Virus record (IMG/VR): IMGVR_UViG_3300017748_000085
Coordinates: 1 to 28,787 of that record
DNA length: 28,787 nt
Origin: a virus
Lineage: Duplodnaviria > Caudoviricetes
Direction: 5' to 3' (one strand)
A model generated the notes under the pieces. The model did no database searches and was not told where the DNA came from. It saw nothing but the letters and a program-made list of their open reading frames with translations. Each line of letters starts with the position of its first letter. Within the stretch, counting starts at the first letter, position 1. Below, one piece after another: positions 8,644 to 16,225 of this stretch. Both the position numbers and the translations under genes were made by a program.

Positions 8644-9940
8644 ACTGACGGAGAGCACAGAAAGCGAGCGGTCTTTATTAGGCGCGGCGCTTTTGAGAGA
8701 TAGCGTTATCGATGACGCGGGCGAGTATTTATTGCCCGCCGATTTTAAAAATCAAAGATACGGCGACTTGTGGGCGCTGATGCTTGCGGTACGCGCAGAC
8801 GGTAAAAAGGCGAAGCCGGCTTTATTAAAAGCAGAGGGAGCGAACGCCGACACCGTGGCAGAAGTTCAAAACGCGGTCGCGTCTGCACTCGGGTTCGAGG
8901 CATACGCCAAGCGGATACGCATATCGGCAGAGCGCCGGCAAATCGTTTCGGCGTGTATGTCAATCGCATCGATGGCAGAAGACACGCCAGAGCATGACGG
9001 TTTTCAAACTGATGCGTTTGATTTGTTGATTACCTCGTTCAAGGCGGATCAAGATAAGGTCGAAACCGTTACACTTCGCGAGGGTGCCGAGACCGCACTA
9101 CGTAACGCAGTCGAGGCGATGCAAAATGGCGGGCAGGTGTCCGGGCTTGCGTCAGGTTTTAGCGAGCTAGACAAGAAGACCACCGGCTTACATCCGGGCG
9201 ACCTTGTTATCTTGGCGGGTCGTCCTGGTATGGGCAAAACGACTTTCGCTCTTAATCTCGCGTACAATGTAAGCGCATCGGGAACGGTTGCGTTTTTCTC
9301 GCTTGAGATGCCAGCCGAGCAGCTAGCCGGAAAGATACTCAGCACTGAGGGCAACATCGGAAGCCAAGATTTGCAGCGCGGACAGATAGGCGGCAAGGTT
9401 GACAAGCTCGCGCAGGTTGTTACGACGTTTACAGAGCGCGACTTTTTCATCTACGACAAGCCAGGCGTCGGCATCGGGTACATTCGAAGCAAGTTGCACC
9501 AAGTGAAAGCCAAGACGGGCAAAGGTCCGGCGGTTATCGTTATCGATTACCTGCAGCTAATGCGGGGCGACAAAACAGGCAACCGAGAGCAAGAGGTCAG
9601 CGGGTTATCTCGTGGGCTCAAGATTCTAGCTCGTGACTTTGAGTGCCCGGTTATCGTACTGGCGCAACTAAACCGAGCAGCCGAAAGCAGAGCAGACCAC
9701 CGGCCGCTATTGTCAGACCTTCGAGAGTCAGGCGCAATCGAGCAGGATGCCGATATGGTTTGGTTTATGTATCGGGAGGCATATTACAACGACCAAGCAG
9801 ACGCAGAAGCCGCCGAGCTAATCATATCAAAGCAAAGGCGCGGACCATTGGGGACCGTCGATTTACGATTCTTGGGCAGGTTCTCGAAATTTATGGAAGT
9901 AACACCAGGCACAGAGGAGAGATATACATGGAACGCATAA
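8633..9940 (+). CDS. dnaB: Replicative DNA helicase, DnaB family
   Basis: Motifs ILAGRPGMGKT (Walker A), FFSLEM, VIDYLQLM, LAQLNR and DLRESGAIEQDAD. Confidence 0.97.
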   Translation: MDHKLTESTESERSLLGAALLRDSVIDDAGEYLLPADFKNQRYGDLWALMLAVRADGKKAKPALLKAEGANADTVAEVQNAVASALGFEAYAKRIRISAERRQIVSACMSIASMAEDTPEHDGFQTDAFDLLITSFKADQDKVETVTLREGAETALRNAVEAMQNGGQVSGLASGFSELDKKTTGLHPGDLVILAGRPGMGKTTFALNLAYNVSASGTVAFFSLEMPAEQLAGKILSTEGNIGSQDLQRGQIGGKVDKLAQVVTTFTERDFFIYDKPGVGIGYIRSKLHQVKAKTGKGPAVIVIDYLQLMRGDKTGNREQEVSGLSRGLKILARDFECPVIVLAQLNRAAESRADHRPLLSDLRESGAIEQDADMVWFMYREAYYNDQADAEAAELIISKQRRGPLGTVDLRFLGRFSKFMEVTPGTEERYTWNA

Positions 9941-10137
9941 CCACGCAGCAGATTAAGCAAGCGGTCAAAGATCTTACAAAGCAACTGAGGAGACCGCCGA
10001 CGTTTAACGAGATACAAGAGTTCTTTGATTTGCGCTCGAAGGCGCATGCTCGTTATTACGTGATGAAGGGCGTCGAAAGCGGGGCGCTAAGTATTGACGA
10101 CCGGCGCTCGCCGCACTGGATAGAGGTGACGAAGTGA
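9928..10137 (+). CDS. Stand-alone LexA-type winged-helix DNA-binding protein
   Basis: ATG at 9928 after GAGGAG. The 69-aa product (...[24 protein letters not shown]...GAL...) follows the LexA N-terminal pattern and has no peptidase domain. Confidence 0.72.
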   Translation: MERITTQQIKQAVKDLTKQLRRPPTFNEIQEFFDLRSKAHARYYVMKGVESGALSIDDRRSPHWIEVTK

Positions 10138-10487
10138 GCGGCGCGAGGTCTAGGCGTAAGGGCGCACAAAACGAGCGCAGGCTCGCGAAGATGTTCGCCG
10201 AGGTTATGCCAGGCGAGGACGTACGGCGCGGGCTACAGTATCAAAACCGATTCGGTCGAGACAAGGTACCCGACGTTGAATGCCCTGTTTTTTGGGTAGA
10301 GGCTAAGGTCGGAAAGAAGCCAAATCCACGGGCGGCAATGGTGCAGGCTCGCGCCGATACATGTAAGGGCAAGATCCCGATTGCGGTTATACGTGACGAC
10401 GGCGCACCGGATGACGAGTTCGTGTGTATAGGGCTCGCGGACTTCCTCGACTTTGTTGGTGAGTGGTGGGAGAGGGGCAAGCGGTGA
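10134..10487 (+). CDS. Holliday junction resolvase-like PD-(D/E)xK nuclease
   Basis: [10 protein letters not shown]...PDV...WVEAK pattern of phage Hjc-like resolvases; GTGA overlap with the upstream gene. Confidence 0.78.
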   Translation: MSGARSRRKGAQNERRLAKMFAEVMPGEDVRRGLQYQNRFGRDKVPDVECPVFWVEAKVGKKPNPRAAMVQARADTCKGKIPIAVIRDDGAPDDEFVCIGLADFLDFVGEWWERGKR

Positions 10488-10600
10488 ACATATACGAAGA
10501 GCCGCAGCAGTGGTACACGCTGCCGGCTTGGTTTTGGTTAATTGTGTGCGCGTTGAGCATTGGTGCTTGCGCGTGGATTGAGTACAGAGCTAGAAGATAG
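10484..10600 (+). CDS. Small membrane protein (38 aa)
   Basis: Not in the ORF track. GTGA overlap with the resolvase stop. [38 protein letters not shown] has one hydrophobic helix and a basic C-terminus. Confidence 0.6.
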   Translation: MNIYEEPQQWYTLPAWFWLIVCALSIGACAWIEYRARR

Positions 10601-10618
10601 AGAAAAAGGAGACAAGAG

Positions 10619-11113
10619 ATGAGTAAGTTAATCGGGCGAAGTTATACACAAGTTGACATTATGAAAGTGCCGGAAGTTTTTAATTTGATGAGGGTGGCTC
10701 ATTATATCTACGGACACAAATTAGTCTATGAGGAGGTGCGCGACATTCGATTTTACGGCTATTCTGAGATTCGAAAGGGACTGGAGAGGCTTGGTGTTTG
10801 GATGACGTGTGAAGCGATTAAAGACGCGCTAGACCTTGGCAGCAGGTTCGATGTGAATGTCGTTGGCAGGCGTACCGGCGGATTGTGGATTTTCTCTCAA
10901 GATACGCGACAGGTGCGCAACAAAGACGCCTTAATCGTTCAACCGTCAGACTGGATGGTTTATTTGAATTTTCTTCAAGTGTGCAAAGATAATAAAATCG
11001 TCGAGACAATAAACGAGTACCGTGTCTTCAAACAAGCAAGACAAACGCGTGAAATAATTAAAGCCAGCATCGAGAAAAACGCATCGGGATTAAAACAAGA
11101 GGATTTCCATTGA
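10619..11113 (+). CDS. Hypothetical protein
   Basis: 164 aa with a strong AAGGAG RBS; visibly more AT-rich than its neighbours; no family recognised. Confidence 0.75.
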   Translation: MSKLIGRSYTQVDIMKVPEVFNLMRVAHYIYGHKLVYEEVRDIRFYGYSEIRKGLERLGVWMTCEAIKDALDLGSRFDVNVVGRRTGGLWIFSQDTRQVRNKDALIVQPSDWMVYLNFLQVCKDNKIVETINEYRVFKQARQTREIIKASIEKNASGLKQEDFH

Positions 11114-11150
11114 TGCAGGTCTGGCTTTTTACGGATGAGCTAGGGACGTG

Positions 11151-11279
11151 ATGAGAATATCGACCGAGTACATTTTAAGCCAGGCGGACCCCGTGACGAT
11201 TCAAGCCGGGGCGCTAGCTTTGGGGATCGTGGGGGTCTTGGTTGTGGGGGTTTGGATTTTGATTTGGGGAGATAAGTGA
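11151..11279 (+). CDS. Small membrane protein (42 aa)
   Basis: Not in the ORF track. MRISTEYILSQADPVTIQAGALALGIVGVLVVGVWILIWGDK; its stop overlaps the GTG of the transglycosylase. Confidence 0.6.
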   Translation: MRISTEYILSQADPVTIQAGALALGIVGVLVVGVWILIWGDK

Positions 11280-11731
11280 TGATTCTGTTTCTGTGCGCTG
11301 TTTCGCTTTGTACGCATATCGCCCAAAGTATACCGGGGCGCGAGTTCCAAACCGAAGACGCTTGCCTCGAAGTAGCTCGACAGGCAGAAGCGCAAGGCGT
11401 CGACCCAGTGCTCGCGATGTCGGTGGCGTGGCACGAGTCGCGCTTTAAACGTTCCGCAGTATCCAGCGCCGGCGCGGTGGGCGTCATGCAGGTGTTGCCG
11501 CGGTACTGGTGCAAGTCTAAGCCATGCGACCATATCGAGGCGGGTGTCCGTGCGCTTCGACACTACACGAAGCGGCGCGGGGTTCGCGATGGCTTGTGCT
11601 CGTATTTCTCGGGGCGTCGATGCAAGCAAGCAGGGCGCACGGCGCAACGGTACGCCGACAAGGTACTCAAGCTCGCCAGCAGATACCGAGCAATCAAGTT
11701 CGAGAACTGCGAAGACGTAGACGGCTGCTAG
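11276..11731 (+). CDS. Lytic transglycosylase (SLT family) with hydrophobic N-terminus
   Basis: GVDPVLAMSVAWHESRF...AVSSAGAVGVMQV...IEAGVRAL SLT motifs, with the catalytic Glu in HES. Confidence 0.88.
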   Translation: MMILFLCAVSLCTHIAQSIPGREFQTEDACLEVARQAEAQGVDPVLAMSVAWHESRFKRSAVSSAGAVGVMQVLPRYWCKSKPCDHIEAGVRALRHYTKRRGVRDGLCSYFSGRRCKQAGRTAQRYADKVLKLASRYRAIKFENCEDVDGC

Positions 11732-11816
11732 CCTTTACCCGTGGGCGTTTTTGCGCACAATTCAGATAACACTCTTATCCGAAATAAATTATTTCCCACC
11801 GTGTGCTTTTTTATGC

Positions 11817-11849
11817 TTGTAAAATACTTAAAGCGTCTATATAACTAAG
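11817..11849 (+). promoter_or_regulatory. Conserved phage promoter motif, copy 2
   Basis: TTGTAA-N17-TATAAC-TAAG, then GACAGGTA, an A/C-rich leader and AAACGGAG (11871-11878). Confidence 0.7.
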
Positions 11850-11885
11850 GACAGGTAGAGAGAACAACGCAAACGGAGAAACAAA

Positions 11886-12563
11886 ATGAACGCAGTAACC
11901 GCAAAAAGTGACCTCAAAGACATCACAAAGGCAATCCGCAAGCAGGCGCGAGCATTCGCAAAGGCTTTCGGGTGCACTGTTAGTGTGACTCGCCGAAACT
12001 ATAAGTCAATCACGGTGAGCGTCGTATCTTCAGAGCGTAACCACATATGTCCGGACTTTCGAGCGTGGCAGGCTGCAAACCCAGAAGGCAGCGCGGTATC
12101 CTACCAGCTAGAGACCGGCGTAGAGCGTGCGATTGTACGTTACACGGATTGGGCTAACGAGTTAATGGCAGGGCTTGAGGCGATTGCGTCACAGTATAAT
12201 TGGGACGAGAGCGACGCGATGACAGATTACTTTCACTGTAACTTTTACCAGTTTATCAAGTTCGATTGCGACTTGACGAGGAGCGCGAAAGCGGAGCGAG
12301 ACGCAGACCGCGAAATCGAGGAGACTGTCGAAGCTCCCGCACCGGTCGAGAACGTCGTCGCGGTTAACTTTGGCGGCGCAGTCGTATCGGTTGAGAGCGA
12401 TATCGAGGCAGAGCTAGCCGCGCAGCTTGCACAGCTTGAAGAGAAGCGCGAGGCGCTAGAGCTTGCGGTCGAAAGGGCGCAAAGAATCAAAAAGCTAGAG
12501 GACGCAATCGCGCAAGAGGTGAGAGCGATTGAAATGTTAAGCGCGAAACTTTCGGCGCTCTAG
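11886..12563 (+). CDS. LPD29-like (polyvalent-protein-associated) domain protein with C-terminal coiled coil
   Basis: Signature QYNWDESDAMTDYFHCNFY and N-terminal KAIRKQ...VSVT...SITVS; acidic coiled-coil tail. Confidence 0.62.
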   Translation: MNAVTAKSDLKDITKAIRKQARAFAKAFGCTVSVTRRNYKSITVSVVSSERNHICPDFRAWQAANPEGSAVSYQLETGVERAIVRYTDWANELMAGLEAIASQYNWDESDAMTDYFHCNFYQFIKFDCDLTRSAKAERDADREIEETVEAPAPVENVVAVNFGGAVVSVESDIEAELAAQLAQLEEKREALELAVERAQRIKKLEDAIAQEVRAIEMLSAKLSAL

Positions 12564-12574
12564 CTAATTAACTC

Positions 12575-12596
12575 GCTCCGCTTCGGCGGGGCATTT
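12575..12596 (+). terminator. GC-rich hairpin with C(UUCG)G loop; weak terminator or processing stem
   Basis: GCTCCGC-TTCG-GCGGGGC followed only by ATTT, directly before the next RBS. Confidence 0.5.
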
Positions 12597-12614
12597 AAAC
12601 GGAGAGTTTAAGGA

Positions 12615-13766
12615 ATGAATCTACAAGAAAAGATCAAGAGCGATTACGAGACATATGGATGCACGGGCGAGCATGACAGAGACCGCGCCGGCGGATGGGG
12701 GTCGGTCGCGCCGCATTACGAAAGAATATCTTCGAATGGTCTTGCGCTGCTCGACCGGTCTTATCGAAACCAGGTTATGTCGGGAGTATTACCGGTTGAC
12801 GAGGAAATGTCGAGATTGGACTCGTTCGGCATGAAGCCTGTCGAGTCTGGTTGGGTAATGCTCGAAGTCGTAGACGACGAGATAGGGCTGTCACGGATGA
12901 ATAGTGCTCTAGCCGAACATCGGCCAATGAGGTCCGAGCGAGAAGCGTACTCGGCTCATTTTTTGACGGTTACTAGGTGTTGGCAGGCTCAGGGCGCACC
13001 GTTGGTTAATCTTGGGCCGGTGATGACTGGGGAGCTAAGGGCGCTCGCCAAGTCGTATGAGTATCGAGATGATTTCATTCCGAGTTTGATTGAAAAGCTA
13101 CCATTCAAGTTTTTTTATCTAAAGTGCCACATGGAGAAGACTGGCGATCATCTTGGTGATCACATTGAGGGCGCTTACATATGCAATTCGAAGCACAACG
13201 GAAGGGATTCTCTTTGCGTATTGATTGACGACGGGTTTACCCTTGACCCGTGGCACTGCGTATCAAACAACGACGGATATTCGTTTATGGTCGGGCATAA
13301 CAACGTCGCGTTTACCGAGCTTTCTAATCTTGTGCCATATGGCAACAGGCGAGCAAAGGCAGGATGGATGCTTACGGTGCTGGATGGGCTTTTGCGCTAT
13401 CTTGACTCTGTTAACCGAGAGGTCAAAGACCCTACGCCAGCGATAAGAGCGGCACTCAATAGCGGCAAAAAGTCGAAGATTCGCAAGGCTCTAAATCAGA
13501 TGGTAGGCAAGCGTAAGATATGGATTGAGCCGACATTAGAGCGTAAGGCAGTAGAGCAAGGCATCACAGGCGCAAAGCTATCGAGCGGGCACATTAGGCG
13601 CGGGCACTTGCATACGTACTACACCGGCGCTCGACTCGATGCCGACGGGCTCAGGATTCCCAAGGAGAAGAGAAGGAAGGTCGTTAAGTTCGTTGCGCCC
13701 ACATGGGTAGGTCCGCGCATGATTACAACCGAGCCGAAGGAATACGGAATAAGGGCGAACCAATGA
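12615..13766 (+). CDS. Hypothetical phage protein with C-terminal HxRRGH motif
   Basis: 383 aa. GHIRRGHLHTYYTG...KFVAPTWVG resembles a recurrent uncharacterised phage C-terminal motif. ATGA overlap with the next gene. Confidence 0.75.
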   Translation: MNLQEKIKSDYETYGCTGEHDRDRAGGWGSVAPHYERISSNGLALLDRSYRNQVMSGVLPVDEEMSRLDSFGMKPVESGWVMLEVVDDEIGLSRMNSALAEHRPMRSEREAYSAHFLTVTRCWQAQGAPLVNLGPVMTGELRALAKSYEYRDDFIPSLIEKLPFKFFYLKCHMEKTGDHLGDHIEGAYICNSKHNGRDSLCVLIDDGFTLDPWHCVSNNDGYSFMVGHNNVAFTELSNLVPYGNRRAKAGWMLTVLDGLLRYLDSVNREVKDPTPAIRAALNSGKKSKIRKALNQMVGKRKIWIEPTLERKAVEQGITGAKLSSGHIRRGHLHTYYTGARLDADGLRIPKEKRRKVVKFVAPTWVGPRMITTEPKEYGIRANQ

Positions 13767-14623
13767 AGTACATACAAACCAGGACCATCGGCGGGACGGC
13801 GGTGTCGTCCATTCTTGGACTTAACCCGTGGTCAGGACCGTGGGACGCTTGGGACCGTATCGTCAACGGCACCACCATCGAGCCCAATGAGGCGATGGAG
13901 CGCGGCACACGGCTAGAGGGTCCGATTGCAGAGATAGCGCAAGGCGTGCTTGGCATTGACCTTGTAGAGCCAGCAGAGACGACCACAATCATCGACGACG
14001 TATTTAGCGCATCGGCGGACCGCTTCGGGTACGTAGACGGCAAGCGGCAAGCTATAATCGAAATCAAGACGGCGAGCAGCTACGCAACGATTGACCCGGT
14101 GCCAAATCATTACTGGCTACAGGTGCAGCATTATTTATGGGCATTCAATCTTGACCGTGGCGTACTGGTAGCGCTTCAAGCCTTCCCCGAGGTGTTTAGG
14201 ATGCTCGACACGGCTGATGATGTAGACTTTGCACTCACACGTAAAGCCGCCAAGCTAATCACCCACGAGATAGAGCGCGACCCGCGATACGGTGAGCACA
14301 CGATTCCAAAGCTTCGCGATTGGTTTACGCGCCACATCGTAGGCGGCGAGGTTCCGGACGTAGACGGCTCGAAGGCTTGCCGCGTGGGTTTGTTTGGCTT
14401 ACACGAAGAACGGACAGCAGAGAGCGAAGCAGAGCCAGAGCTTGACGCATTACTTACACTTCGGCAGGCGGTAAAGAATACGGAGGCAAAGCAGAAAGAG
14501 CAGCGCGACATAATCGAGAACCAAATACGCGCGAAGATGGCACACCGGCGCAAGGTGTCAGGCTCTGACTATTCGTGTACGCTATCCCGAAACAACCGGC
14601 TAACATTTAAAGAGACGGCATGA
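13763..14623 (+). CDS. YqaJ-like (lambda exonuclease family) nuclease
   Basis: Start moved to ATG 13763 (ATGA overlap). Motifs IGGTAVSSILGLNPW, AMERGTRLE, SASAD, IIEIKT and YWLQVQHYL. Confidence 0.9.
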   Translation: MKYIQTRTIGGTAVSSILGLNPWSGPWDAWDRIVNGTTIEPNEAMERGTRLEGPIAEIAQGVLGIDLVEPAETTTIIDDVFSASADRFGYVDGKRQAIIEIKTASSYATIDPVPNHYWLQVQHYLWAFNLDRGVLVALQAFPEVFRMLDTADDVDFALTRKAAKLITHEIERDPRYGEHTIPKLRDWFTRHIVGGEVPDVDGSKACRVGLFGLHEERTAESEAEPELDALLTLRQAVKNTEAKQKEQRDIIENQIRAKMAHRRKVSGSDYSCTLSRNNRLTFKETA

Positions 14624-15084
14624 AGATCGAGGCGCAAGAGCGGATACGCAGGCAAATCGAAAGCGCGAATACGCTTGAGTGCATCGAGTACGCCGGAACG
14701 GGCGCGGCGAAAGGCGGATATGGGCGAATAACAATCCGCAGCCGTGGCAAGGCTTACAGCTTTGCGGCTCACCGTCTGGCGTACGAGTTGGCTCATGGCG
14801 AGCTAGCCGAGGGGCATATAGTGCGGCACACTTGCCATAATCCGAAATGTATAAACCCGGCACATCTTACCAGCGGAACACACAAGCAAAACGCGGGCGA
14901 CAGAGTGAAGGCGGGGCGATGTGCGCCACAGAGGGGCGAGAATAACGGCAACGCCAAAACATCCACACAGGACCGCGAGCGGATACGGCTACGCAGGCAG
15001 CGCGGCGAAACGCTGAAAAGCATTGCAGCGGACTACGGGCTACACTTTTCAACGATTTCGGCGATAGCTCGCAGCAGTAACTAA
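14620..15084 (+). CDS. HNH endonuclease with C-terminal HTH
   Basis: AHRLAYEL...VRHTCHNPKCINPAHL...THKQN; C-terminal LKSIAADYGLHFSTISAI. Confidence 0.9.
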   Translation: MKIEAQERIRRQIESANTLECIEYAGTGAAKGGYGRITIRSRGKAYSFAAHRLAYELAHGELAEGHIVRHTCHNPKCINPAHLTSGTHKQNAGDRVKAGRCAPQRGENNGNAKTSTQDRERIRLRRQRGETLKSIAADYGLHFSTISAIARSSN

Positions 15085-15138
15085 GCCTCGCACAATTGCG
15101 CACACTCTGGCACAATGTCGCCAAACGTGGGGGCATGT

Positions 15139-15507
15139 ATGAAATATCCGATATTCTACGAATACAGCAAAGTTCCGGCATTTCTCTCGAAGTTTGCGCC
15201 GATTAAAATTTATGCGATTAGCTTCGGGTGGTGGGTCTGGTGCCGTGGTCCAGCTAATACCAGGGTCAGGAACCACGAGCGCATTCATTACCTACAGCAG
15301 CGAGAACTCGGCTTCGCGCTACAGTGGGTTCTCTACTTGGCGTTCTGGCTCGTGCTTACTATCTGGTATTGTGACGGGGCACGAGGCTACAGGTGCAGCC
15401 CATTCGAGCGCGAAGCCTATGACAACGACATCGACCCGCACTACCTCGACGACCGCAAACCGTTTGCGTGGATTCGCTATATTCTCGACCCCAGCCGCGA
15501 GCCTTAA
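15139..15507 (+). CDS. HExxH-containing putative membrane-associated metallopeptidase-like protein
   Basis: NHERIHYLQ, a hydrophobic helix, then PFEREAY. Probable start ATG 15139 after GGGGG. Confidence 0.68.
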   Translation: MKYPIFYEYSKVPAFLSKFAPIKIYAISFGWWVWCRGPANTRVRNHERIHYLQQRELGFALQWVLYLAFWLVLTIWYCDGARGYRCSPFEREAYDNDIDPHYLDDRKPFAWIRYILDPSREP

Positions 15508-15550
15508 CCGCACATAAAAAGCAGGCATCAAAAAAAAGTTAACCTTTTAC

Positions 15551-15583
15551 TTGCTTAATACGAAAAGGGTCTATATAACTAAG
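15551..15583 (+). promoter_or_regulatory. Conserved phage promoter motif, copy 3
   Basis: TTGCTT-N17-TATAAC-TAAG, then AACAGGTA, an A/C-rich leader and AACGGAG. Shares GTCTATATAACTAAGnACAGGTA with copy 2. Confidence 0.7.
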
Positions 15584-15621
15584 AACAGGTAAGGGAAACA
15601 AACAAACAACGGAGAGACAAG

Positions 15622-15825
15622 ATGACAAACCACGATCAATATGTAACGGGGCACACCTTGACCACATGCCCGGACCACGGGACCAAGCATTACGCTCACG
15701 AAGGCGGGTGCCCGGATTGCCAGTTTGAGCACGATGGGCTAGTAGAGCAGATAAACAAGCGACTCGAAAGCCTAAGCCTCGCGCAGCTTGATAAGTTGCT
15801 CGAATGTTTGATGAGTTTGAACTAA
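15622..15825 (+). CDS. Small putative Zn-finger protein
   Basis: 67 aa with CPDH...CPDC; first gene after the promoter, with a good RBS. Confidence 0.68.
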   Translation: MTNHDQYVTGHTLTTCPDHGTKHYAHEGGCPDCQFEHDGLVEQINKRLESLSLAQLDKLLECLMSLN

Positions 15826-15852
15826 AGAGGTTTAATTGATAAACTAAGGCAT

Positions 15853-15869
15853 CGGGGCACTTAGCCCCG
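15853..15869 (+). other. Intergenic hairpin without a U-tract
   Basis: CGGGGC-ACTTA-GCCCCG immediately before the GGAGG RBS of the next ORF. Confidence 0.5.
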
Positions 15870-15881
15870 GATGGAGGTCTT

Positions 15882-16040
15882 ATGAGTAATCTAAACTGGG
15901 CAAGATTTACGAGCGCGGAACTTCGCCGGCGCTGGTTCGAGGCAAACGGTTTCAGCATAGAGGGCGCGGGCGCGGTGTCGAATTGTCGAAATCGGGTGTG
16001 GCGATTTGACGGCGACCTGCTCGCGGTAAGGTGTGCATGA
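15882..16040 (+). CDS. Small hypothetical protein (52 aa)
   Basis: Not in the ORF track. GGAGG RBS; MSNLNWARFTSAELRRRWFEANGFSIEG...LAVRCA. Confidence 0.6.
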   Translation: MSNLNWARFTSAELRRRWFEANGFSIEGAGAVSNCRNRVWRFDGDLLAVRCA

Positions 16041-16225
16041 TGTCAGCATCTACTAACCCGACCAAGGCAACTCCGCGCAAGTGGGGCAGCACGCCACCGG
16101 GCACAATCAAAGGCCCGATGTCGCTACCGGTGAGCTACAACGTCAACGCGTACCAGGGCAACGAAAAGCTATCCAAGGCGAATAAGGGTGTTTTAAGGGC
16201 GCGAGCACATAATCCGGTAGCCTAA
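16037..16225 (+). CDS. Small hypothetical protein
   Basis: ATGA overlap with the previous stop; converges on terL with a 4-bp overlap. Confidence 0.4.
   Translation: MMSASTNPTKATPRKWGSTPPGTIKGPMSLPVSYNVNAYQGNEKLSKANKGVLRARAHNPVA

Noticed and set aside
9643-9927. 164-aa ORF overlapping dnaB
   Set aside because: The N-terminal part is an off-frame shadow of dnaB. The RBS-supported start is 9928.
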